From positions 7,199 to 71,198 of the forward strand of contig CAZCXF010000004.1 of NCBI GenBank assembly GCA_964502615.1: a DNA stretch of 64,000 nt. The letters are read 5' to 3'. Source of the stretch: an uncultured Candidatus Saccharibacteria bacterium (GTDB lineage: Bacteria > Patescibacteriota > Minisyncoccia > Phycocordibacterales > UBA9973). The position numbers and the translations under genes are program-made. The notes under the pieces are model-generated. The model did no database searches, had not been told where the DNA came from, and was given only the letters and a program-made list of their open reading frames with translations. Positions 18,876-27,067 of the stretch are shown piece by piece. Within the stretch, counting starts at the first letter, position 1; each line of letters opens with the position of its first letter.

Positions 18876-19772
18876 TTAACCAGTCCAATAAAAAGCGAGA
18901 ATTGAAAAATCGACTAGATTAATAATATTGTCATTGTTAGTATCCACGCACCTTGGTGGGTTATCCTTACCATACCAGAAAGCTGCAACTGAGAAATCGG
19001 TAATGTTAATGACTTGGTCTGCGTTGCAATCTCCAGGAATATTGTTGGTTAGATCAACGCTTAAAATATTTGCTTCTCCTATTGTAAACTGAATTACTTT
19101 ACTTATTTTTTTATCATCATGATAATTGACGTGTAGATTGTAACTTCCCTTTTTAAATCCTAAGAGTGGTAAAACAAGTTTATATTTACCATCACTTCCA
19201 CTAGTTAGGTTGAATATCTTATTTGGAACTCCTTCTATGACAACATCTAAAAATTGGTTAGGTAATGAATAACCCAGTACTCCTAAATAATCACCTTGTT
19301 TTACTTCTGTCTTATCTGTAGCAATCGTTGGCGGGAAACGAATACCGCTAACCTGAGTAAGATAATCGATTTTTGCAACAATTGGATAATTAAGTAGGAT
19401 TGATTGCCTATTTGCTTTATCTATCGCATAAAGTGTATATAAGACATTTGATTTATACAATTCGCTAAAAGTTATACTAAAATATCCACTATTATCGGCA
19501 ACTGTGGTTCCTTTTGGGACTCCATCTTTCCATACGTGAACAGTAGCACCTGGATAAGCCCAACCAGAGAAAACAATTCCACTAAAGCGCCCACTATGAC
19601 ATCCACTACAATTATCATCAAGTGGTGTTGCGAAACCACCTACAGTTGCTGTAACAGATACATTTTCAGGAGAACTTACAATAGTAAAACCAAATACTGG
19701 TTGAATAGAAATCAGTAAAAAAAATATAAAGGAGATAAATTTTATAACATTTTTTTTATACATGATTGGCAC
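18876..19772 (-). CDS. Secreted protein with an Ig-like beta-rich body and a C-terminal type I dockerin-like double Ca-binding repeat
   Basis: 'DCNADQVINITDFSVAAFWYG…DTNNDNIINLVDFSILAFYW'. Both repeats match D-x-N-x-D-x3-N-x2-D followed by a hydrophobic helix. Confidence 0.6.
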   Translation of the reverse strand: MPIMYKKNVIKFISFIFFLLISIQPVFGFTIVSSPENVSVTATVGGFATPLDDNCSGCHSGRFSGIVFSGWAYPGATVHVWKDGVPKGTTVADNSGYFSITFSELYKSNVLYTLYAIDKANRQSILLNYPIVAKIDYLTQVSGIRFPPTIATDKTEVKQGDYLGVLGYSLPNQFLDVVIEGVPNKIFNLTSGSDGKYKLVLPLLGFKKGSYNLHVNYHDDKKISKVIQFTIGEANILSVDLTNNIPGDCNADQVINITDFSVAAFWYGKDNPPRCVDTNNDNIINLVDFSILAFYWTG

Positions 19773-20787
19773 CGTTTGGTGTATTCATACCAAGACGAGC
19801 CTTCTGTATAATATGTCGATTGTAACGTCGAATCAGTTTCTTACCACCCCAGAATACAATTATAAAGATAACAGCTAGACATATAAGCAATTGCCAAGGA
19901 AGTACGAAGAAGAAAACTGTCTCAGTTGCACGAGTTGCATTTGTACCATATAAAACATTTAATTTTGCAAAGTAAGGTCCAAAAGCATAGTTGTGCCATT
20001 CATAAAGTGCTTGATCAAAGAAATTAGCTATTAAACCAGTTGGAGCTATATAATCTTTTGATCTTGGTTTTTTAACCCAATCAACATTAAATTTTCGAGT
20101 ACTTTTAGGGAGTATATTTCCTCCACCTGGATTAGCATCAATAGTATCTTCTGGTATGTAAATTAAGTCATGCATTTTTATCTTACCAACTGGTTTTATT
20201 CTGTCTCCTCCATCATTTTTAAAACGATAACTAAAAGATACTGGTAATGTAGTATAAAAGATTTTTTTATCTTTCATTGAGAAATCAAGTAGTCCTCCCT
20301 CTTCTTTCACATCTCCGTTAACCGATAGCAATATCAATATTCCAGCTCGAGCACCGATTGAAAGTCCTGCCCCTTCTGTATCTGGAGTCGTACTCCAAAA
20401 TATTGCAGCGAAATGTCCTCCTGGCTCAGCGTTTTTAGGAATATTAATATGGAAGTTTAAAGTTTTAGATTCTTTAGGTTTTAAAGTTACAGAAGAATCT
20501 GTAGTCATCCAAGTTCCTAGATCTTCTTTAGCATTAACAAATGAAGGGTTACCAGATTCTCCAGAAGCTTCGAAGTTAGCAAATGAAGAGTAATATGTGA
20601 TTAGACCATCACTTTCATTAGTAAGGATTATTTCTTTAGTAATAGACTCACCAGGATTACCTGTAACTTCTATTCTTACGGGAGAAAGTGTAATAGCATA
20701 CGCACTACCTCTAAACCCAAGGAACAAAGCAAGGGTTAGAACCAAGAAGGTAATCTGTCTTCTTTTGTTGAAGTAAGTACGAGTCAT
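19756..20787 (-). CDS. Secreted, C-terminally TM-anchored Ig-fold protein (DUF916/CscA-like or PapD-chaperone-like)
   Basis: Signal peptide. 'ITLSPVRIEVTGNPGESITKEIILTNESD' resembles the first strand motif of pilus chaperones and DUF916. C-terminal TM 'LLICLAVIFIIVFWGG' plus a basic tail. Confidence 0.4.
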   Translation of the reverse strand: MTRTYFNKRRQITFLVLTLALFLGFRGSAYAITLSPVRIEVTGNPGESITKEIILTNESDGLITYYSSFANFEASGESGNPSFVNAKEDLGTWMTTDSSVTLKPKESKTLNFHINIPKNAEPGGHFAAIFWSTTPDTEGAGLSIGARAGILILLSVNGDVKEEGGLLDFSMKDKKIFYTTLPVSFSYRFKNDGGDRIKPVGKIKMHDLIYIPEDTIDANPGGGNILPKSTRKFNVDWVKKPRSKDYIAPTGLIANFFDQALYEWHNYAFGPYFAKLNVLYGTNATRATETVFFFVLPWQLLICLAVIFIIVFWGGKKLIRRYNRHIIQKARLGMNTPNGANHV

Positions 20788-20797
20788 TAAATTTAGA

Positions 20798-22009
20798 TTA
20801 GAATGTAGCAGTTGCTATAAATGTAAGAGTGTCGGCGTAGTCATTGTGAGCAGGAACAGCGCCGCTTATTGAAGCATTAACTGCAACCTGAGCACGACCA
20901 CCTGCAAGGAGACCGGATGATGAAACCATGTTATCTCCAGTTGTAGTTAAACCTTTAACATCGTTAGTACCACCATCTGCTGCACATGTACCAGCGTTGT
21001 AAGGTGCTGCTTTTGAAAGAGTTCCCGTTGTTTGAGTTACAGATATAACACAAAGACCATAGTTTGTTGTGTTTGTAGCCATTGCTGCAGCTGTGTTTGT
21101 AATCTTATCTGCAGGAGTCGAAGTAGACACTAAACCGTTTGCACCATTTGCATTTTTAACAGTCACCACTACTCCACTAGGAGCATTTGTATCAAGGTCC
21201 ATCATTATTCTATTAATACCATCAGTTGCTCCAGAAACTTTAACGTCTGATGTACTTAAAGATCCAAGTGGTACATTGTATGGTGCACTAGTATTTTCAC
21301 TACCAGCTGTACCTACGTCTAGATCAAAAGTAAGTGTAGAATTAACTGTCGCAGTAACATTTACTTGGTCATCATCTACTATACCGTAAGCAATTTGACT
21401 TGAGTGTGAATTAACGAATGTTGTAAAACAAGCTGCTCCAGATTGTTCGTCACACATTTTAAAGTCAATATTTGTAGCAGCAACAGATGAAGGATTTGTA
21501 AGTACTCCTGTACCTCCAGTCTCACCCTTTATTGTAAATGTAATAGCTGAGGCAGTTGAGGAAGAAGTAAAAGTTGATGCAGGTTTAACAGTAAAAATTA
21601 AATTTGTAGTATCTATTGCGACACACACACTTTGAGCAGTAGTAGCAGTACAAGTAATAGTACCTGCACCTGCAGACACAGCATCTATAGTGTGAGAACC
21701 GTTACTATCAGAGAAAGCAAAGTCAGATGTTTGCCATGTTCCACTTTGAGAAAAGGTTGCAGGAAAGTCTACTTGAAATCCATCAAGATTACCTCCTGTT
21801 ACATCAAAGTCTACTCCAGTAGGCATTGTAAATGTTACAACATGGTCTGCATTAGCACTTATTTTAAGACGAGTTGCTGTATCTTTTGATGCAGTAAAAC
21901 TCGCAGCAGTTGCCAATTGTGGACCAAATGAATAAACGACTATAAGTGCAATTGTTAGAAAGGCACTTAAAAATTTAGAGAACGTAGATTTTATAATGTG
22001 TGTGCTCAT
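20798..22009 (-). CDS. Secreted Thr/Ser/Ala-rich beta protein ending in a Csu/SCPU-pilin-like (or WxL-like) C-terminal strand 'AHNDYADTLTFIATATF'
   Basis: Signal peptide. The C-terminal motif resembles the CsuA/B terminus 'GDYKDTLLVTVNF'. Confidence 0.45.
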   Translation of the reverse strand: MSTHIIKSTFSKFLSAFLTIALIVVYSFGPQLATAASFTASKDTATRLKISANADHVVTFTMPTGVDFDVTGGNLDGFQVDFPATFSQSGTWQTSDFAFSDSNGSHTIDAVSAGAGTITCTATTAQSVCVAIDTTNLIFTVKPASTFTSSSTASAITFTIKGETGGTGVLTNPSSVAATNIDFKMCDEQSGAACFTTFVNSHSSQIAYGIVDDDQVNVTATVNSTLTFDLDVGTAGSENTSAPYNVPLGSLSTSDVKVSGATDGINRIMMDLDTNAPSGVVVTVKNANGANGLVSTSTPADKITNTAAAMATNTTNYGLCVISVTQTTGTLSKAAPYNAGTCAADGGTNDVKGLTTTGDNMVSSSGLLAGGRAQVAVNASISGAVPAHNDYADTLTFIATATF

Positions 22010-22125
22010 TTTGAATAAATGATTTTATTGATTAATAATAATTAAATTTTCTACCCTTATTTTACCACAACAAGATACGAAATCCTATATATAAACTATA
22101 AGATGTGGATAACTTTGGCCTTTAG

Positions 22126-23217
22126 TTAAAAGGTCCCTGTGGCGATAAAGGTCAATGTATCTGCATAATCATTATGGGCTGGAGTCGAAGTACTATTTTC
22201 TGCATTTACTCTAATTTCTGACCGTCCACCAACAATACCAGATGATACAGTAAGAATATTCCTAGATGTATTATCAACTAGACCAACCGAATTAACGTGT
22301 CCACTTGTGCATGGTGATCCATCATAAGGATTTGCTTTAGTTAAAGTACCTCCTGAAGATTGAGTAACTGAACCGACACAGAGTCCATATCTTGCAACAT
22401 TGGGAGCCATTGTTCCAGTAGTTGATGGAATTGAATCAGTAGGTACAGATGTTGATTTTAGAGCACCATTCTTAGATAAAACTGTAACAGCTGCACCACC
22501 AGATGCATTTGTATCTAAATCTACCCATATAGAATTTATAGTACTATTATCAGAATTGCTTGCCTGGGCTGTCGACAATGTACCGAGAGCTACATTATAT
22601 GGAGCAACTGTATTAGTATTTGAAGTAGAAGTATCAATATCAAATGTAATGGTCTGAGGTATAACAGTTGCGCAAACTTTTCTTGTGTATGCAGTTGTGT
22701 TCCCTACTGTTGCATTATCAGCTGGGTTTGCAGGATTTCCAATCATAGAAAATAAAGTTGTATCGTAACCAGTGCAGTTTGTATCTTGATAAGCAATAGT
22801 TATAGTATCGTTTCCAGCTGCATCAGATAAACATGCACTTTGTCCATACGTGTTAACACTTGTTTCCTGTACGTGAGCATTTGTTACAGCAGATAGTCTT
22901 ACAATTCTCTGAAAATTTCCAGAGCAAGAATTCCCAATAGCTGAAACGCTACTACAACATACAACATTGCCGTCATAATTTGCATTTGATTGACTCGGAA
23001 GTTCTGCGTGAGCATTTGTCGAACCTGACATGCGAAGTAATGTAGTGAAACCACTTGTATTACAAGATGACTGTGATACTACGTTGCAAGAAAGCGCCGC
23101 ATATATACGCGAAACTGGATAAAGAGCCGACACAACAAAAACGATTATTAATATAAAATTAAAACGTTTTGTCTTTAAGTGGCCCTGTTGTTTTTTCTGG
23201 TACTGGTGGTGGTACAT
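22126..23217 (-). CDS. Paralog of 20798..22009 (identical C-terminal 'AHNDYADTLTFIATGTF'); the true start is probably an internal Met
   Basis: Shared blocks 'APYNV(P/A)LG(S/T)LST', '(M/V)DLDTNA(P/S)', 'YGLCV…VTQ' and the same C-terminus. The 5' end overlaps 23159..23677. Confidence 0.45.
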   Translation of the reverse strand: MYHHQYQKKQQGHLKTKRFNFILIIVFVVSALYPVSRIYAALSCNVVSQSSCNTSGFTTLLRMSGSTNAHAELPSQSNANYDGNVVCCSSVSAIGNSCSGNFQRIVRLSAVTNAHVQETSVNTYGQSACLSDAAGNDTITIAYQDTNCTGYDTTLFSMIGNPANPADNATVGNTTAYTRKVCATVIPQTITFDIDTSTSNTNTVAPYNVALGTLSTAQASNSDNSTINSIWVDLDTNASGGAAVTVLSKNGALKSTSVPTDSIPSTTGTMAPNVARYGLCVGSVTQSSGGTLTKANPYDGSPCTSGHVNSVGLVDNTSRNILTVSSGIVGGRSEIRVNAENSTSTPAHNDYADTLTFIATGTF

Positions 23218-23677
23218 CTTTTTTATTATTTATAGGAGCGACTTCAATAATTTTATCTATACTTGGTCTATACAAAACGGCCTTACCAGCTTCTGTAAAA
23301 ATTAGTACTTTGTCGTCTTTCTGAGCACCTGAGAAGAAAGCTTGGTCTTTTAATTTTACTGGATCAGATACAGTAGCTATAGTAGGTTCTTCTCCAGTGG
23401 GTATTAGATATAGTTTTGCCACTTTACCTAACAAATCTTTTGCTTCTTTTCTAGCACCTTCTTGAGTGCTCTTTTCTAGATTGTGTAATTTATAGTAAAA
23501 ATACGCGCTCAGAGCGACTGCAACTATTAGAATTATGAATATAACCATATTAAGAAACTTTTGTTTGGTCATGGAAGATCTTTTTTTAACGATTTTTGTT
23601 GCAAAAACACTATCTTGTGATTCATATAAGTCAGAATCATCTGATTTACTATTCCGGAAGTCAATAGACATAAACAT
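23159..23677 (-). CDS. Hypothetical single-pass membrane protein
   Basis: TM 'FLNMVIFIILIVAVALSAYFYY'. No homology recognised. Confidence 0.35.
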   Translation of the reverse strand: MFMSIDFRNSKSDDSDLYESQDSVFATKIVKKRSSMTKQKFLNMVIFIILIVAVALSAYFYYKLHNLEKSTQEGARKEAKDLLGKVAKLYLIPTGEEPTIATVSDPVKLKDQAFFSGAQKDDKVLIFTEAGKAVLYRPSIDKIIEVAPINNKKDVPPPVPEKTTGPLKDKTF

Positions 23678-23734
23678 ATTATAAGTTAAATAACTAATTT
23701 CAGCAATGACTATATTCGGTGTATACTAAAAATC

Positions 23735-24982
23735 ATGAGGGAAGTGAACAAAAATAAGCCAAAAAAGTGTTTAATTTGTAATAGCTATAATCTAGCCCTT
23801 TATCTTGATCTAGGTCAAACAGCCTTGGCAAACTCTTTTTTGAAGAAATCTGACTTAAAGAAAAAAGAATCCAAATTCCCTCTTAAAGTATATTATTGTA
23901 AAGATTGCCACCTTGCTCAGCTTGGCCATATTGTAGATAGAAAAGTCTTATTCCAAAAATATGCCTGGTTTTCATCTGCATCCCCCCAACTTGAAAAATA
24001 TTTTGAAAAATACGCAAAGAACGTATATAGTAGATTCCCTAATCAAGCTAAAAAATATGTATTTGAGATAGCAAGTAACGATGGAATTCTTTTAAAATAT
24101 TTTAAAAAGTTAGGTGTAGAAGTTCTTGGTATTGATCCTGCTAAAAATATTGCCCGCGTTGCAAACAAAAACGGTATAAAAACTTTACCAGCATTCTTCA
24201 ACTTAAACTCAGCTAAAAAAATTTCAAAACAATTCGGCAAAGCAGGTATAATATCTGCCAACCATGTCATCGCTCATGTAGATGATCTGCACAATATAAT
24301 GAGTGGGGTTAAAGATTTGTTAGACGAAAACGGAGTTTTTGTATTTGAGGTGCAATATCTAGGGGACTTAATTAAATACAACGAATTTGACAATACATAT
24401 CATGAACATACTTTTTATTTTTCTTTATCACCACTAATAACTCTTTTAAGTAAACACAATCTATCTATATTTGATGTAGAAGAAGTAGAAGCTCAGGGTG
24501 GATCTATCAGAGTATATGCGAGCCACTCTTCTTCCATGTTACCAAAAAGCAATAATGTAAAAAGGATTTTAACTAGAGAAAAAAATCGGGGTTTGTATAA
24601 ATTAAAAACATATAAAGACTTCAGTAAAAAACCAGAAACAATAAAAAAAGACTTGGTGGAATTATTAAGTAGATTAAAAAAACAAGGGAAAGTTATAGTA
24701 GGTTACGGAGCATCAGCCAAGGGTAATACTCTCCTTCAATACTCTAATATAGATAAAAAATATATAGACTATATAATAGACGACGCGCCTATTAAACAAA
24801 GTAAGTTTACTCCTGGAACACATATACCAATATTTGCTTCAAACCAATTAAAGAAAAAAACTCCTGATTATATACTTATACTTTCTTGGAATCACGCGAA
24901 GTCAATTATGGAAAAAGAATCTTGGGTTAAAAAGAGGGGTGTAAAATTTATATTACCAGTTCCTAAAGTAAAGATAATATGA
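23735..24982 (+). CDS. SAM-dependent sugar C-methyltransferase of the TylCIII/NovU type (zinc-ribbon + methyltransferase + C-methyltransferase C-terminal domain)
   Basis: N-terminal 'CLICNSYNL…CKDCHLAQL' zinc ribbon typical of Methyltransf_13/14 dTDP-sugar C-methyltransferases. 415 aa. Confidence 0.7.
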   Translation: MREVNKNKPKKCLICNSYNLALYLDLGQTALANSFLKKSDLKKKESKFPLKVYYCKDCHLAQLGHIVDRKVLFQKYAWFSSASPQLEKYFEKYAKNVYSRFPNQAKKYVFEIASNDGILLKYFKKLGVEVLGIDPAKNIARVANKNGIKTLPAFFNLNSAKKISKQFGKAGIISANHVIAHVDDLHNIMSGVKDLLDENGVFVFEVQYLGDLIKYNEFDNTYHEHTFYFSLSPLITLLSKHNLSIFDVEEVEAQGGSIRVYASHSSSMLPKSNNVKRILTREKNRGLYKLKTYKDFSKKPETIKKDLVELLSRLKKQGKVIVGYGASAKGNTLLQYSNIDKKYIDYIIDDAPIKQSKFTPGTHIPIFASNQLKKKTPDYILILSWNHAKSIMEKESWVKKRGVKFILPVPKVKII

Positions 24983-25791
24983 AGAAAAAGTTAAAAATAT
25001 TAGTCACAGGAGGAAGTGGGATGGTAGGAAGCCAAGTAAAATTTGGTATAAAGCCAAGCCATAAGGAGCTTGATATAAATAACTCTACATCTATAGAAAA
25101 AGCTGTAAAAAAATACAAGCCAGATGTCATACTACATTTAGCGGCTTTTGCAAATATGCTCGGTTGTGAAGGAAGTAAAATAAAAGCGAAAAAAATAAAT
25201 GTTACAGGAACACAGAATATAGCTCGTGCCTGTAAGAAAAACGACATGAAGCTAGTCTATATGTCCACTTGTGCTGTCTTTGATGGTAAAAAGAAAACAC
25301 CTTATAAAGAAAGTGATCGAGCTAAAACCTTAAATGTATACGGCGAAACAAAACTTGGGGGTGAAAAAATTATACAAAAAATACTTCCGAATGCCTTGAT
25401 AGTACGCACGGGCTGGCTATTTGGTGGCAATAAAACTGATAAAAAGTTTGTGCAACTAACTTACCAAAAATTTAAGAATGGTGAGGAGGTAATGGCAACA
25501 TCCGATCGAAAAGGTTCGCCTACATACGTGAAAGATTTATTGGATACAATAGAAAAATTGATATACCAAAACAAAAGTGGAATATATCATGTAGTAAATT
25601 CTGGTACTGCTTCATACGCTGATATTGCAAAAGAAATCAAAAAAGTAGGTAAATTTAAACAAGAAATCAAGAAAGTTTTGGCGCGTGATATAGAAAATAA
25701 AAAACTAAAAAGGGGTAAGAATGAATCTCTTGCTTCTTCAAAAATAAAATTAAGATCTTGGAAAGTTGCCCTAAAAGAGTATCTTAACTAG
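24979..25791 (+). CDS. dTDP-4-dehydrorhamnose reductase-like NAD(P)H sugar reductase (RmlD family)
   Basis: 'ILVTGGSGMVGS', 'YMSTCAVFDG', 'PYKESD', 'NVYGETKLGGE', 'IVRTGWLFG', 'SDRKGSPTYVKDL', 'YHVVNSGTASYADIAKEI'. Confidence 0.75.
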   Translation: MKKKLKILVTGGSGMVGSQVKFGIKPSHKELDINNSTSIEKAVKKYKPDVILHLAAFANMLGCEGSKIKAKKINVTGTQNIARACKKNDMKLVYMSTCAVFDGKKKTPYKESDRAKTLNVYGETKLGGEKIIQKILPNALIVRTGWLFGGNKTDKKFVQLTYQKFKNGEEVMATSDRKGSPTYVKDLLDTIEKLIYQNKSGIYHVVNSGTASYADIAKEIKKVGKFKQEIKKVLARDIENKKLKRGKNESLASSKIKLRSWKVALKEYLN

Positions 25792-25792
25792 T

Positions 25793-25821
25793 TTGACTTT
25801 AAGTCAAAAATATGTTATAAA
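25793..25821 (+). promoter_or_regulatory. Sigma-70-like promoter TTGACT-17 bp-TATAAA for the DUF218 gene; the -35 lies in the 16-bp perfect palindrome TTTGACTTAAGTCAAA
   Basis: Seen in sequence. The downstream gene has a GGAGGTG SD and a TTG start at 25894. Confidence 0.35.
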
Positions 25822-25893
25822 ACAAACAAGACATAAACATACATTCATATCTACCCTTCTTAACTGATGGGTATACAAAGACGGAGGTGAACA

Positions 25894-26589
25894 TTGAAAA
25901 ATATAATTAATCGCCTAAAGAATAAGATTCTAACGGCAATCCAGTCATCTGCAAAACGCATCGATCTGCAAATCAAGCTTTCGCTTATGATTATGAGCGA
26001 TAGGCCAACCAAACAAGTTGATGTTGCTTTGCTCTTTGGCCGAGCCAATGGAGATGACAACAATAATTTTTTTGGTCTTGTGGTTTACCTTTACAAGATT
26101 GGTCTCATAAAGAATATCTTGATAAATGGATCCCGTGGAGAAAGACAAGGCAAAACAATTCCTGGCGAAAGCTGGGCTGGTGGTGAAGTCTGGGCTGACA
26201 GGTTGCAAAAGCTAGGTATAAGTAAGAATGCAATTCACTTCTTTAAACCTGCTTATAATACTGCAGATGAGGGAAGAAAAATGCTTGCTTATGCTAAAAA
26301 GCAGGGATGGAAAACTGCGGTTTCAATAGCACAACCACACCAGTTGCTTCGTTGTATAGCAGGATTGGTCCGTTCTATGAAAACAGAGGAGTATCCGATG
26401 CGTGTATATTCAGCTGCACCACAGAGTGTAGATTGGTTTGAAAAATGTGCTGGTTCACAAGGACTATATGATATGCCTCGGCATGATCACATTGGGCTTG
26501 AGTATTCCAGAATCCAGCAGTACGTTTTTGATCTTGCTACGCTTGGTCAGGTCTTTGAGTACTACCAAACCCGTGAGTTAATCACGTAA
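25894..26589 (+). CDS. DUF218 / YdcF (ElyC/SanA-like) family protein
   Basis: 'NTADEGRKMLAYAKKQGWKTAVSIAQPHQLLRCIA' matches DUF218 'NTxENA…VTSxxHMxRA'. Confidence 0.65.
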   Translation: MKNIINRLKNKILTAIQSSAKRIDLQIKLSLMIMSDRPTKQVDVALLFGRANGDDNNNFFGLVVYLYKIGLIKNILINGSRGERQGKTIPGESWAGGEVWADRLQKLGISKNAIHFFKPAYNTADEGRKMLAYAKKQGWKTAVSIAQPHQLLRCIAGLVRSMKTEEYPMRVYSAAPQSVDWFEKCAGSQGLYDMPRHDHIGLEYSRIQQYVFDLATLGQVFEYYQTRELIT

Positions 26590-26612
26590 AAAATAGAATC
26601 TTATTTTATTTG

Positions 26613-26660
26613 CCCCCAGATTAGTTTGTTTATAAAACAGACTGATCTGGGGTTTTTTTA
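26613..26660. terminator. Bidirectional rho-independent terminator (CCCCAGATTAGT…ACTGATCTGGGG + T7) between the convergent DUF218 and gtrA-like genes
   Basis: 12-bp stem with one mismatch, flanked by an A-run and a T-run. Confidence 0.6.
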
Positions 26661-27067
26661 TTGAACACAAACTTCTCGTATACAAAAAAGTTCCAACATG
26701 CAAGAATTGCTAAAGTAAAAACTTTTGAGAGCATTTTGTCGATATGTAATATTTCTACAAAAAAAAGCATTAATAATATATTTATACCGAGATTCACCAT
26801 TGATACTAAGAAAAAAAGAATTGCTTGTTTCTTAGTCTCACTCTTACTAGTATTTTGAAAAGTAATATACTTCTGCAAATAGAACCCCACAAAAACTGAA
26901 AGCACAAAAGATGTTATCGATGCTAATAAATACCAAACATGAAACCAATTTAAAAATATATAAAAAAGTACTAGATTAGATAAAGCTGCTGTTCCTCCAG
27001 CTAGTATAAATAGTATTGCTTTATATATTTTTTTATTTAGCATTGAGCCTATTTTTGTAAAATTCAA
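26630..27067 (-). CDS. GtrA-family membrane protein (polyprenyl-phosphate-sugar flippase-like)
   Basis: 145 aa, 4 TM. 'LFILAGGTAALSNLVLFYIF…YLLASITSFVLSVFVGFYLQKYITF' is typical of GtrA. Confidence 0.75.
   Translation of the reverse strand: MNFTKIGSMLNKKIYKAILFILAGGTAALSNLVLFYIFLNWFHVWYLLASITSFVLSVFVGFYLQKYITFQNTSKSETKKQAILFFLVSMVNLGINILLMLFFVEILHIDKMLSKVFTLAILACWNFFVYEKFVFNKKTPDQSVL

Noticed and set aside
22126-23217. Annotated 363-aa start (MYHHQYQKKQQGHLK…) overlapping the 23159..23677 gene by 58 bp
   Set aside because: The N-terminal extension is probably not translated. The signal-peptide-like segment 'FNFILIIVFVVSALYPVSRIYA' follows shortly after, so an internal start is more likely. 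The gene is kept with an uncertain start.
25791-25808. Perfect 16-bp palindrome TTTGACTTAAGTCAAA considered as a terminator for the RmlD-like gene
   Set aside because: It has no usable loop (stem of ≤6 bp, AT-rich) and no clear U-run. It also provides a consensus -35 (TTGACT) with a 17-bp spacer to TATAAA, so it is called a promoter/operator instead.
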